Part shown: one piece after another, positions 45,526 to 55,323 of the stretch
Position numbering within the stretch: the stretch's first letter is position 1
Layout of the letters: every line of letters starts with the position of its first letter
NCBI GenBank assembly: GCA_013387215.1
Contig: WARW01000003.1
Coordinates: 10,227-74,226 of the forward strand
Reading direction: 5' to 3'
Length of the DNA stretch: 64,000 bases
Origin: Patescibacteria group bacterium
Lineage (GTDB): Bacteria > Patescibacteriota > Microgenomatia > UBA12405
Program-made: the position numbers and the translations under genes
The notes under the pieces: model-generated
What the model saw: only the letters and a program-made list of their open reading frames with translations
What the model was told of the DNA's origin: nothing
The model's database searches: none

Positions 45526-48213
45526 ATGAGTATTTTAGATAAATTAATTAAAAAACCGGCAGCTGCACCAAGTACTACTCCAAGTACAACCCAAACTGAT
45601 CCCGTTGAAGAGACCAAACCTTTTACTGAAGGATTAGTGTCGACAAAAGATATTATTGCCCCATCTGCCTTAGAAGTTGATTTTAATCATTTAAGAATTG
45701 ATAATAAATATTACCGAACTTTGTTTGTGGCTGGATATCCAAGATTTGTGGGTATTAATTGGTTGTCGTCTTTGATTAACTTTGATGCTTCTTTGAATAT
45801 TGCTATGTATGTTTATCCAACAGACGGCAAGGCAATTTTGGATGATTTGAGGCGAAAAGTAACGGAAATGGAGGCAGAAATCAGCACTGACATTCAAAGA
45901 GGTAGAGTGGTTAATCCAGCAACACAGGCTAAACTTGAAGATGCATTAAATTTGCAAGCAGATTTAGTAAAAGGTGAAGAAAGATTTTTTCAATTTGGAC
46001 TTTATATTACGATTACTTCAGATTCAAAAGAAGAATTAAACAGAATCAATAAAAATTTGGAAGCAGCTTTGGGATCACTTTTAATTGTGAGCAAAAAAGC
46101 TACTTTGCAAATGGAAGAAGGATTTGTGACCACTCTCCCCGCTTGCGACGATAAACTGCAAATTACCCGAAACATGGATACGACTTCACTAGCCACTACT
46201 TTTCCATTTGTGTCTTCTGATTTATCAGATGATAAAGGAATAATGTATGGAATTAATGCCCACAACGGGTCTTTAGTTATCTTCGACCGATTCTCGATGC
46301 AAAACTACAATTCAGTAGTATTTGCAACTGCCGGTGCCGGAAAGTCTTACATGATAAAACTTGAGGCATTAAGATCTTTAATGCTTGGTTCAGAAATAAT
46401 TGTAATTGATCCAGAAAACGAATATAGAGATTTGTGTGAAGCAGTTGGCGGACAATATATTGCCTTTGGATATGGTGAAGTTTCAAAAATTAATCCTTTT
46501 GATTTATCTTTGGTAGAAGAAGATGGTGAAAATGCTTTAAACAGCAAAGTTTTAAGTCTTCATAAACTTTTCAAAGTGATGATTGGAGCTATGGATCCAA
46601 TTGAAGAATCTATCCTAGATAAGGCAATTATGGAAGCTTATAAAGCTAAGGGAGTGACACCAGATCCAGAAACACAAAAGAGAGAACCCCCGTTGATTGA
46701 AGATTTATATAAAGCATTAATCGGGATGGAAGAACAAAAAGCCCAAAGTTTGGCTGCCCGATTTGAAAAATTTATTAAAGGTTCGTTTGCTGGAATATTT
46801 AATCAAAAGACAACAGTTAATTTGACTAATCCGTTTGTGGTTTTTGGAATTAAAAATCTTGAAGATGCTTTAAGACCAGTAGCTATGCAAATTATTTTGG
46901 ATTACATTTGGACAGTAGTTAAAGCAACTTTAAAAAGAAGAATCTTAGTGGTCGATGAAGCTTGGTATTTGATGCAATATGATGATTCAGCAGAGTTTTT
47001 AAGAGGAATAGTAAAAAGAGGCCGAAAATATTATTTAGGAGTAACAACAATTACCCAAGATGTGGATGATTTTTTGAAAACTAGTTATGGAAAGGAAATT
47101 GTGACTAACAGTGCTATCCAAATTCTTTTAAAACAACATAGTGCGGCAATTGATCAAATCGGTGAAGTTTTTTATTTATCGGAAGGAGAAAAACAATTAT
47201 TATTAAGCGCAGATAAAGGTGAAGGAATATTTTTTGCCGGTCAAAATCATGTGGCTATTCGAGTTATCTCTTCCGATGACGAACATCAATTAATTACTTC
47301 CAACCCAGAAGAGGTTTTAAAAATTAAAAAAACCCAAGCACAAGCTCAAGATTTACCCAAGCCTCCAGTGTTTCCTCCAATAAAAGAAAGTCCTGTGGTT
47401 AATGCTCAGCCAATCAATAATCCAACTCCGATAAATAAACCAATAATTGAAACTAAACCGGAAATTCCTATGACTCCTCCAACATTAGTTGTTGAAAAGG
47501 TAGTGGAAATTAAAATGCCAGAAATTAAGACTCAAGAGACAAATAATGTCAATCCAAGCCCGGTAATAAATAATCCGACACCAGTAAGTCCAACTGTTTT
47601 ACAAACTCCAGCAAGCAATTCTGGGAATCGACCAGAAGTGGTAGTTTTAGATTTACAACAAAGAATTAATGAACTTGAGGAAAAAGAAAAAATAGAATTA
47701 AAAGAACATCAAGAAAAAGAAGAACAAATTAAGCAGGCAAACCAAACACCGGTGTTTACAAAAGAAGGTGAATTGCCAAAGTATCAAGATATATTTAAAA
47801 CACCAAATCCAGTTCAAACAAACCAACTTCCTCCTCTGCCAAAATTAGACCAACCAGTAAATAATAATGTGATTTTAAAAACGGAAACAATTGGAAACTC
47901 AACAAATAATTCTCAATCAAATAATTTGGAAAACAAAAAACCAATCTTTTTGAATCAAGTTGAACAAAAAATTCCGCAGCCACCACAACTGGCCAAAAAA
48001 ATTGTGCCAGAATTTGTGGCGCCAACTCAAAAAACTCCAAGCCAATCTCCTACTCCGACAAGTGAAATAAAACTGCCACCAGTAAAAGCAGCTTCGATTA
48101 ATCCAATACAAACTCCGATTGCAAAAGTAGAAACTCCTAGCACTAATACAGACAAACCTAAAGAAGAGAAAAAACTGAATTATGATGATATTTTTGGTGA
48201 CGGGATTGTGTAA
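45526..48213 (+). CDS. VirB4/TrbE/ConE-family conjugation ATPase with a roughly 300-aa Pro/Thr/Gln/Asn-rich disordered C-terminal tail
   Basis: Walker A FATAGAGKSY, Walker B ILVVDEAWYL, VirB4-like N-terminal domain (YRTLFVAGYPRFVGINWLSSL). Low-complexity tail from about aa 610. Start chosen at the Met just after the upstream stop. Confidence 0.8.
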   Translation: MSILDKLIKKPAAAPSTTPSTTQTDPVEETKPFTEGLVSTKDIIAPSALEVDFNHLRIDNKYYRTLFVAGYPRFVGINWLSSLINFDASLNIAMYVYPTDGKAILDDLRRKVTEMEAEISTDIQRGRVVNPATQAKLEDALNLQADLVKGEERFFQFGLYITITSDSKEELNRINKNLEAALGSLLIVSKKATLQMEEGFVTTLPACDDKLQITRNMDTTSLATTFPFVSSDLSDDKGIMYGINAHNGSLVIFDRFSMQNYNSVVFATAGAGKSYMIKLEALRSLMLGSEIIVIDPENEYRDLCEAVGGQYIAFGYGEVSKINPFDLSLVEEDGENALNSKVLSLHKLFKVMIGAMDPIEESILDKAIMEAYKAKGVTPDPETQKREPPLIEDLYKALIGMEEQKAQSLAARFEKFIKGSFAGIFNQKTTVNLTNPFVVFGIKNLEDALRPVAMQIILDYIWTVVKATLKRRILVVDEAWYLMQYDDSAEFLRGIVKRGRKYYLGVTTITQDVDDFLKTSYGKEIVTNSAIQILLKQHSAAIDQIGEVFYLSEGEKQLLLSADKGEGIFFAGQNHVAIRVISSDDEHQLITSNPEEVLKIKKTQAQAQDLPKPPVFPPIKESPVVNAQPINNPTPINKPIIETKPEIPMTPPTLVVEKVVEIKMPEIKTQETNNVNPSPVINNPTPVSPTVLQTPASNSGNRPEVVVLDLQQRINELEEKEKIELKEHQEKEEQIKQANQTPVFTKEGELPKYQDIFKTPNPVQTNQLPPLPKLDQPVNNNVILKTETIGNSTNNSQSNNLENKKPIFLNQVEQKIPQPPQLAKKIVPEFVAPTQKTPSQSPTPTSEIKLPPVKAASINPIQTPIAKVETPSTNTDKPKEEKKLNYDDIFGDGIV

Positions 48214-48316
48214 GTTTTAGGTCTGAATGATTGATATAATTTGTATAAACAGTGCCTTGTTAATATCTAACACTGTTTTTTACGCTTTTGTAAATTTTAT
48301 TTATATCTTGTAATAA

Positions 48317-51300
48317 ATGCCAGATCTAGCGACTGCTCAGAAAAATCCGATTGAGAAAAAAATAGACTACTTAAATGCGAGTGAAATTTCGACTCCTGAA
48401 GAAGCTATTGAGGTATTAAGAGAACTAAGAAATATTGGTGGAAAATTAATTAAAGGAAGTGTTCTTGAAAAAAGTATTGAGAATTATTTAGGCGAACTTG
48501 AGGTTTATGATGTGCCAAGCGTTATTGAAGCATTGAAAGACTTTGAGACAAAGACGGATGATAATTTTGATAAAGCGGCAGTTCCAGTCGCAAAAATTGA
48601 TGAATTAGTAGACGAATATGAAGAATATCTAGAAAAAGGATTTGACAGTGAAGAGGCTGCAGATAAAATTTATAAAGAAAATAAGGGATTAATTTCAAGA
48701 AAAACTATTGATAGTTTTGTTCAAAGACAACGAGAAATTTTTGAAAACAATTTAAAGAAAGTAAATGAAACTAAAAAACCTTTAACTCAGGAAAAATTAA
48801 TCGATTTAAATAAATACCGACAAGAAAGTGAAGCGACAACTCAAAACATAAAGACAGGTTTTAATGAAAAAGATAATAATTCCGAAAATAATGTAATTGA
48901 TTTAGGGAAATATAAGCAAAATACGATTGATGATTTTTATGATTTAAAACCAGACGTAAAAGAAAATAAAAAATATGATTTAAAACCAGAAAATAAAGCG
49001 AAAAAAGTTATTGATTTGGACTCATATATTCAAGGAAAAGAAGAGGTTGAAGATATAACTACTAATACTGATGCAGGAAAATATGAATCAAATAAAAATA
49101 AAGTAGAAGAACAAGTTGAAATAATCAGTAAAGAACAATTTAAATTTGAGAATAAAGTTGAAGAAGAATTATTAAAGTATCAAAAACAAGACATAAAATC
49201 AGACAGCAGTGTTGATGAAAAAGTAAAAGAAGAATTAAAAAAAGTATCAAGAGATATTTCAAAACAAACATTCGAATCTGTAGTTTTAAACGAAAAAGAT
49301 GTGGATATAGAAACAGTTGATAGAGTTGTAGAAAAGATAAGCGATGAATTGCCTTACTCCATAATTAAACCAGAAGAAAAAGAAACATTTAAAGCTAATT
49401 TAAAAGAAGAAATTGAAGTCGTTACCGCTAATATTGCCGTTGAAGCAAAAACTGAGGAAATTAGCCAGAAAATAATTTTAGAATTAAAGAAAGACGAAAG
49501 AACCGAGGAATTAATTAAGAGAAACAGCGACGTTGTTGAAAATAAAATCGAGACAGCAGTTAAGAATGTAATTTTAGGCGAAGAGGTTGTTACTAAAACA
49601 GAGCAAATAAATGACTTAAATTCCGAAATTATTAGGATTCTAAAAGAAGAAGATGTGAGCGACTTTAAACACGAAGCTCCAGTAAATAAAACCGCCATAA
49701 AAACAATCGATTTAGAATTAAATAAATGGGTAGAAACAAATAGAGAAACGGTTCAAGATTTTAGAGGCGATCATCTTGAAAAAATAATTGATCTTCAAAT
49801 CCAAAAAGAAAATCCATATTTAAGCGAAGAACAAAAAGTCCAAGTCCAAAAATATAAACAATTAATCAGAGAAATATATTATTCCGACAGCACACTTGAA
49901 AAATATAAAAATGATGCCGTAAATAATGCCTCTAAAACTAATAGTCCAGGACAAATAAATCAAGCTTGGACCGATTTAAAAGGAATAACAAATTTACTTA
50001 AAAAAAAGCCTGGGGATGTTAAAGATATTTTTAAAAGATATGATGACATTAAAAAGGGACTTGGCAATATTAATTTACCTTTTGATATTAAAGAATGCCG
50101 ATCTTTTGAGAATATTGCAAATGTTTTAACTAATCCCCAAATTAACGTTTTATTTGGAAAAGCGCAAAAATACATTACTTATCTAGAAAAATTAGATAGC
50201 TTTTCAGGAGGACTTTTGGGAAAAGCCGGAATGAAGGGGGCTAATTATATTATAGAGAGAATTGGCAACCAGGCAGTAAAGGCTTTTGCAGAAAATTCAT
50301 TAAAAATAATTGCAGAAAAAGGTTTACAGGAAGGTTTTGGAATTGTATTGAGAGGAATTTTAAGTGGTGGTGTGCAAGCTGGTGCTAGCGCAGCCGCCAG
50401 CGGAGCTGCAGTAGCAGGTGGAGCAGCGGCAACAGGAGTAGCAGTAGTCGGAGGGGCGGCTTTATCAGCAACAGGAGTTGGAGCAATTGTAGTAGCGGCA
50501 GCGACAGTTTTAGGAGTAGTAAAAAAAGTTGTTAATAAAATAAAAGATGGGATTTTAAAATCTTTAGGGATTGAGTCTGGTTTATTTGGAGCTAAACAGT
50601 TTTTTCAGGATAATTTTGGTAAAGGTTTAGGTGGAATATTAGGTAAAGGAGTAGAGTTAGTAGAATTATTAGTAGTAGGAACCATTGCTTTGGTTGCAGC
50701 TGTTTCAGCAGCAGCAGTCGGCCCAATAATAATTGCCTTTTTTGTGGGATTATTTGGATATCAAATGCTTCAAGGACACACTGTTTCCAGTTTAGTTCCA
50801 CCAACCACACTCCAAGACAGCACAGATATAAATGAGGAAGGCGGACAAGTTTTTGATCCAGGCAGTGTTCATAGTTTAAATTTAAGTTTTAATGTGCCAG
50901 TGGTAGGCGCTGAGTTTACTCGAGCGGATTTAGTGAATGTGGCCCAATCATTATTGGGATTACCTTATTTTTGGGGCGGAAAATATCCTCATAAAGGAGC
51001 AAACCCTAGCTGGGGGCAATTAAAAACAGTAACTGCTGATAAGAGTTGGTCAACCGGACTCCAAATTCCATCAGGATTAGATTGTTCTGGATTCGTTGAT
51101 TGGGCTTATTTTCAATTAACAGGCAGACAAATTTCAAACGGCGGCGGATCGGCAGATATCTGCAATTTAGCGGCACCAGTGGCTAGAGCAAGCTTAAAAG
51201 CTGGAGATGTGGGTTGTATGGATGGCCATGTAGCATTGTGTATTGGAACTGATCCGACAGATGGAGAGCCATTATTTATCCAAGCTGTTGGTCAAAGATA

Positions 51301-51430
51301 TAGAGATAATTCAAAAGGGTTGGTGGCTGGTCAAGTTTTGATATTAAAAGAAGGGATAGAATATAATGGTTATGTAGGACCTACTTTTACTAGTTACGGA
51401 CGACCAAATGTTACTTTTAAGGATAATTGA
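48317..51430 (+). CDS. Giant T4SS-associated cell-wall hydrolase (CwlT/PrgK-like): charged repetitive N-terminal region, Gly/Ala-rich TM segments, C-terminal NlpC/P60 peptidase domain
   Basis: C-terminal GLDCSGFVDWAYFQ...GDVGCMDGHVALCIG gives the NlpC/P60 Cys...His arrangement. Gly/Ala-rich hydrophobic block at about aa 620-790. Internal repeats (VIDLGKYKQ / VIDLDSYIQ; YDLKPD / YDLKPE). Confidence 0.7.
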   Translation: MPDLATAQKNPIEKKIDYLNASEISTPEEAIEVLRELRNIGGKLIKGSVLEKSIENYLGELEVYDVPSVIEALKDFETKTDDNFDKAAVPVAKIDELVDEYEEYLEKGFDSEEAADKIYKENKGLISRKTIDSFVQRQREIFENNLKKVNETKKPLTQEKLIDLNKYRQESEATTQNIKTGFNEKDNNSENNVIDLGKYKQNTIDDFYDLKPDVKENKKYDLKPENKAKKVIDLDSYIQGKEEVEDITTNTDAGKYESNKNKVEEQVEIISKEQFKFENKVEEELLKYQKQDIKSDSSVDEKVKEELKKVSRDISKQTFESVVLNEKDVDIETVDRVVEKISDELPYSIIKPEEKETFKANLKEEIEVVTANIAVEAKTEEISQKIILELKKDERTEELIKRNSDVVENKIETAVKNVILGEEVVTKTEQINDLNSEIIRILKEEDVSDFKHEAPVNKTAIKTIDLELNKWVETNRETVQDFRGDHLEKIIDLQIQKENPYLSEEQKVQVQKYKQLIREIYYSDSTLEKYKNDAVNNASKTNSPGQINQAWTDLKGITNLLKKKPGDVKDIFKRYDDIKKGLGNINLPFDIKECRSFENIANVLTNPQINVLFGKAQKYITYLEKLDSFSGGLLGKAGMKGANYIIERIGNQAVKAFAENSLKIIAEKGLQEGFGIVLRGILSGGVQAGASAAASGAAVAGGAAATGVAVVGGAALSATGVGAIVVAAATVLGVVKKVVNKIKDGILKSLGIESGLFGAKQFFQDNFGKGLGGILGKGVELVELLVVGTIALVAAVSAAAVGPIIIAFFVGLFGYQMLQGHTVSSLVPPTTLQDSTDINEEGGQVFDPGSVHSLNLSFNVPVVGAEFTRADLVNVAQSLLGLPYFWGGKYPHKGANPSWGQLKTVTADKSWSTGLQIPSGLDCSGFVDWAYFQLTGRQISNGGGSADICNLAAPVARASLKAGDVGCMDGHVALCIGTDPTDGEPLFIQAVGQRYRDNSKGLVAGQVLILKEGIEYNGYVGPTFTSYGRPNVTFKDN

Positions 51431-51869
51431 TCAAATAATTGAATTTGTTAAAAAGCATAAAATAATTTCTGGAATTTTGGGAGTTTTACTATTTTTTTTA
51501 TTACTCCAATTAAACAACCCTAAAACCCAAACAAAAACCAAAACTGAAAATCAAAATAAAATTGATCAAAATAATAGTTCAGAAACAGTTAATTTAAAAG
51601 ACCACCTTCTCCCCACTTTATCAACTGCAAAAACAACCCCTGAGCCATTTGATATTACCAACAGTGATCCCCAATATCCTTTAGAACAATTTTTGCCATA
51701 TGAAGGTAAAGGATTTACGGTGGAAAAATATTTAGCGCCATTAGTATTGGAAGTGAAGGTAAAAAATAAAGCTGATATTTCAAATATTGAACCGTTATTA
51801 AAAGCATGGTTAAAAGATAAAGAGCTAATTAAGGGCGAAAATAAAATCACTTGGAAATACGGTGAATAG
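51408..51869 (+). CDS. Small secreted/membrane-anchored protein
   Basis: N-terminal TM/signal segment. Overlaps the preceding gene by 23 nt. Confidence 0.45.
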   Translation: MLLLRIIDQIIEFVKKHKIISGILGVLLFFLLLQLNNPKTQTKTKTENQNKIDQNNSSETVNLKDHLLPTLSTAKTTPEPFDITNSDPQYPLEQFLPYEGKGFTVEKYLAPLVLEVKVKNKADISNIEPLLKAWLKDKELIKGENKITWKYGE

Positions 51870-51897
51870 TTTTTGGGAAATATAATATAATTTTAAT

Positions 51898-52326
51898 ATG
51901 AATCTTTTTCAGTTCGTAAAGAAATATCAATTGATTTTAATTTTAAGTTTTATAGCAATAAGTTTGTTTATAATTAAATCGGTTTACGGATATAAAGATT
52001 CTGGAGTGAAACCAGAAATTTCTATCTCGCCTACTCCATCGGCTTCAGCTGAAATTTCACCAACAAATATCCCAACAATTCCTGTTTCCAGCTCAAGTTC
52101 TAAATTAAAAACTTCTATTATTAAAGAAGTATCAAAAAGTGCAACAAATAAGTTAAAATTACCCTACTCTTCAAAAAATTTTATTGTTCAAGAATTTGAT
52201 TCGGTTAATACTTTTAAAGTAAAACTATTGAATCCTGATAAGGCAGTTGTTATACAGGAAATAATAAAATGGCTGGAGAAGAATGGATTAAATCCAGTAG
52301 ATTACCAAGTAGTTTTTGTTAATTAA
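51898..52326 (+). CDS. Small secreted/membrane-anchored protein
   Basis: N-terminal TM/signal segment followed by a Ser/Pro/Thr-rich linker. Confidence 0.45.
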   Translation: MNLFQFVKKYQLILILSFIAISLFIIKSVYGYKDSGVKPEISISPTPSASAEISPTNIPTIPVSSSSSKLKTSIIKEVSKSATNKLKLPYSSKNFIVQEFDSVNTFKVKLLNPDKAVVIQEIIKWLEKNGLNPVDYQVVFVN

Positions 52327-53441
52327 TCTTGCAAACGGACAGGCATGATGATGTGGGTGAATTGAGGATCAGATTGGTCATGAAAACAGCCAGGAGTTAA
52401 TGGTTCATTTAATTCAATTAAAATTTCTTGGCTTTTACAAACATTTAGGAAATCAGATAAGAATTTATAATTAAAAGCAATTTCTAAAGTTTCCCCTTCT
52501 ATCTTAGATTCAATTGAAGCTTTGTTTTGACCAACTTGAGGAGCATTGGCGGTAATATCGATGGAATTAGTTTTAATATTTAATTTAATAACATTAGCTG
52601 ATTCTTTAGCAAAAACTGAAGCAATTTTGACTGCTTGAGTAAATTCATCTTTATTTAAAAATAATTTAGTAGTGAAAGATTCAGGAATAATTCTTTTATA
52701 TTCCGGATAATCCCCTTCAATAAGACGGGAAACCAACTCTACGTCGTCTAGAACGAATACAACTTGGTGACCATCAGGTGTTAGCCCTATTTTTATTTTC
52801 TTGGCGTTTTTAGCAAGTTTAGTGACTTCGATTAAACTTTTTGCCGGAATTAAGAAAGTAATTTGGTCAGAATTTAAATTTATTGGATTGACGAGTTTAA
52901 TACTTTTAAAAGAAAGTCTAAAACCATCGGTGGCAGCTAAGGTTAAATTATCTTCAGAAAATTGACAAAGAATAGCAGTTAAAGCTGGTCGAGTGTCATC
53001 GGTGGCAGCGGCAAAGGCTAGTTGGGTAATAGCTTGATTTAAAATAGACAAATCGATTTCAAAGGAAGTGTTTGGATCGATACTTGGAAATTCAGGAAAA
53101 TCAGCAGCACTAACAGTGGTAAAACTTGATTCAGATTTAGCAGAAGAAAGAGTAAGTAAATTATTCTCATTTAAAGTGAGGTCGACTTTACCTGAGGAGA
53201 GATAAGAAACAAATTCTGTAATCTCTTTGGCTGGGATAGTTATACTTCCCTCTTCTTCAATTTTGGCACCAATCCAATAATTAATACTCAACTCTAAATT
53301 AGTAGCTGAGAGTTTAAGACGACCATTATCAGTAGATAAGAGAATGTTATTAAGAATAGGTAGTTGTGACTTAGAAGAAACGAACCGAGACACATTACTT
53401 AGGGCAGTTGTAAGATTCTCTTGTAGAAGGGAAAGCTTCAT
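52323..53441 (-). CDS. dnaN: DNA polymerase III beta sliding clamp
   Basis: 372 aa with a three-domain clamp pattern, positioned next to dnaA. Confidence 0.85.
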   Translation of the reverse strand: MKLSLLQENLTTALSNVSRFVSSKSQLPILNNILLSTDNGRLKLSATNLELSINYWIGAKIEEEGSITIPAKEITEFVSYLSSGKVDLTLNENNLLTLSSAKSESSFTTVSAADFPEFPSIDPNTSFEIDLSILNQAITQLAFAAATDDTRPALTAILCQFSEDNLTLAATDGFRLSFKSIKLVNPINLNSDQITFLIPAKSLIEVTKLAKNAKKIKIGLTPDGHQVVFVLDDVELVSRLIEGDYPEYKRIIPESFTTKLFLNKDEFTQAVKIASVFAKESANVIKLNIKTNSIDITANAPQVGQNKASIESKIEGETLEIAFNYKFLSDFLNVCKSQEILIELNEPLTPGCFHDQSDPQFTHIIMPVRLQD

Positions 53442-53701
53442 TGGCTTTATGTTATCAACAAATTAACAAAGTTTAAAGCTCTTAATAAAATTAAATATTT
53501 ATATCAAGAATAGTAGTAGGTATTAGTAGGGAGAGTGAATAAGTGGAGTATTTTTTAATTTGACCGAAAATTTGGCAATTTTTAAATAAAATAGTGGTGG
53601 AAAGTATTAAAATGGTTGTAGTAGTGGTGAAAAAAGATGTTTTTATCTTATAAGGTAAACTTGAGTTTGGGTAAGTTTCGGGGGAAAAGACAAAATTAAA
53701 A

Positions 53702-53743
53702 TGTGGATAAGTTTGTGGATAAGTGGAATCCAAGTGTGGAAAA
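53702..53743. promoter_or_regulatory. Cluster of three DnaA boxes (TGTGGATAA x2, TGTGGAAAA) in the dnaA-dnaN intergenic region; oriC part II / dnaN regulatory region
   Basis: Seen directly. Two perfect reverse-complement TTATCCACA boxes at 53702-53710 and 53714-53722, and one 8/9 box at 53735-53743. Flanked by AT-rich sequence (53442-53700). Confidence 0.6.
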
Positions 53744-53755
53744 CTTCAGACAGGG

Positions 53756-55117
53756 TTAGAAAGCACTTTTAATTTGGTTGATAAGTTGTCTGAGTTGTGG
53801 ATTAGTGGAAAAATCAGTGCTGACTTTGTCACGGGCGTGCATAATACTGGTATGGTCGCGGCCACCAAGCAAATGCCCTACTTCTTCAAGGGGTAAATTT
53901 ATTTCTGTTAATAAAAGATAAGCAGTGATATGGCGGGCGGAAACTAATTCTTTTTTACGGCTTTTTCCGCAAAGATCACTAGTTTTTATATTAAAATGTT
54001 TAGCACAGATAGAAATTATATGGCGAGGAGAAACCTTTTCAGAGCTGACAGAAAAAATCGAACTAGAATTAGGATTAGTTTGAGGGTGTAAATAATTTTC
54101 AATAAAATCCACATCAATCATACTGACTCGTTGGGCCATGGATTGAACAACAACCTCTTGGAGTTTACCTTCAATTTCACGAATATTTGCAGGGATATTA
54201 TTAGCAAGAACTTGAACGGCTTCAGGAGTTATTTGAACGCCTTTTTCTTCGACTTTTTGATTAATAATAGCGACCCGCATTTCATAGTCAGGAAGCTGAA
54301 TATCGACGGTTAATCCCCCCATAAACCGGGAAACTAAACGATCTTCAAGGCGATCGATTTCACTAGGCTTGCGGTCGGAAGTTAAAATTACCTGTTTTCC
54401 GGCCATATGAAGAGCATTGAAAGTGTGGAAAAATTCTTCTTGAATATATTCTTTGCCAGCAATAAATTGAATATCATCAACTAAAATACAATCAAGTTTT
54501 CGATATTTATCTTTAAACTGATTCATGTTTTTAGATTTGAGAGCGCTTATCAGTTCATTACTAAAGGTTTCGGCGGGAAAATACTTAATTTTCATGTCAG
54601 GAGAATGCTTTAGAAGTTCATGGCCAATAGCCTGCATTAAATGGGTTTTACCAACACCGACTCCACCCCAAATAAAGAATGGGTTGTAAGAAAGACCAGG
54701 ATTTTTAACAATACCTTGAGCGGCAGCATAGGCAAAATTATTACTATTGCCGACAATTAAGGTTTCAAAAGTATATTTAGGATGAAGACAAGAGAAATCG
54801 ATAGTGTTTTTTTGAGGAGAAAAGGAGAAAAGCGGGGCGGAAGTGCTGTCTACTATAGAATCCCCTTTTGGGGCTTCCTGGATAATAAAATTTAAAACAT
54901 TACTGGATTTAGTTTGGTTATCAAGGGCACTTTTAAAAAGATCGTAATAGCGTTTATGATTAATATCAACTAAATAAGAATTAGGACAAGCAATAATAGC
55001 AATATTATTTTCAATACTGATTAATTGAGTTTTGGCAACAAAAGTTTGGAAGACAGCGGGAGCTAGAACTATTTTAAGTTCCTCTTGTGTGTTTTTCCAA
55101 ATTCTTATCAAATCCAT
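53756..55117 (-). CDS. dnaA: Chromosomal replication initiator DnaA
   Basis: AAA+ Walker A GGVGVGKTHL, Walker B ILVDDIQF, and a C-terminal DNA-binding domain (HTSIMHARDKV). Confidence 0.9.
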   Translation of the reverse strand: MDLIRIWKNTQEELKIVLAPAVFQTFVAKTQLISIENNIAIIACPNSYLVDINHKRYYDLFKSALDNQTKSSNVLNFIIQEAPKGDSIVDSTSAPLFSFSPQKNTIDFSCLHPKYTFETLIVGNSNNFAYAAAQGIVKNPGLSYNPFFIWGGVGVGKTHLMQAIGHELLKHSPDMKIKYFPAETFSNELISALKSKNMNQFKDKYRKLDCILVDDIQFIAGKEYIQEEFFHTFNALHMAGKQVILTSDRKPSEIDRLEDRLVSRFMGGLTVDIQLPDYEMRVAIINQKVEEKGVQITPEAVQVLANNIPANIREIEGKLQEVVVQSMAQRVSMIDVDFIENYLHPQTNPNSSSIFSVSSEKVSPRHIISICAKHFNIKTSDLCGKSRKKELVSARHITAYLLLTEINLPLEEVGHLLGGRDHTSIMHARDKVSTDFSTNPQLRQLINQIKSAF

Positions 55118-55323
55118 AATTATTTTTGTTTTATAAAGGCATTAATATGCCTATTTTTAGGCAGGAAATAAATTAACTTCGGGGCAGAGATTTAAGTTAT
55201 CCACATTATAATAAAGTAGTTTTCCACAAAAGAAAAGATGTCAGTTTAGGGATATTAAAGTCATTTTAATACAAATTCAGATTAATTACAAAAGTGGCGG
55301 TTGTTTATGATAAAATACTTTCT
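55118..55323. promoter_or_regulatory. oriC-like AT-rich region with DnaA boxes between dnaA and rpmH
   Basis: TTATCCACA at 55197-55205 and TTTTCCACA at 55220-55228, in an AT-rich context. Classic divergent rpmH | dnaA arrangement. Confidence 0.55.

Noticed and set aside
53491-53733. 80-aa ORF on the minus strand in the dnaA-dnaN intergenic region
   Set aside because: It lies in AT-rich origin DNA covering the DnaA-box cluster and TAGTAG repeats, and its odd composition (poly-T/I/F) is typical of a spurious ORF in oriC.
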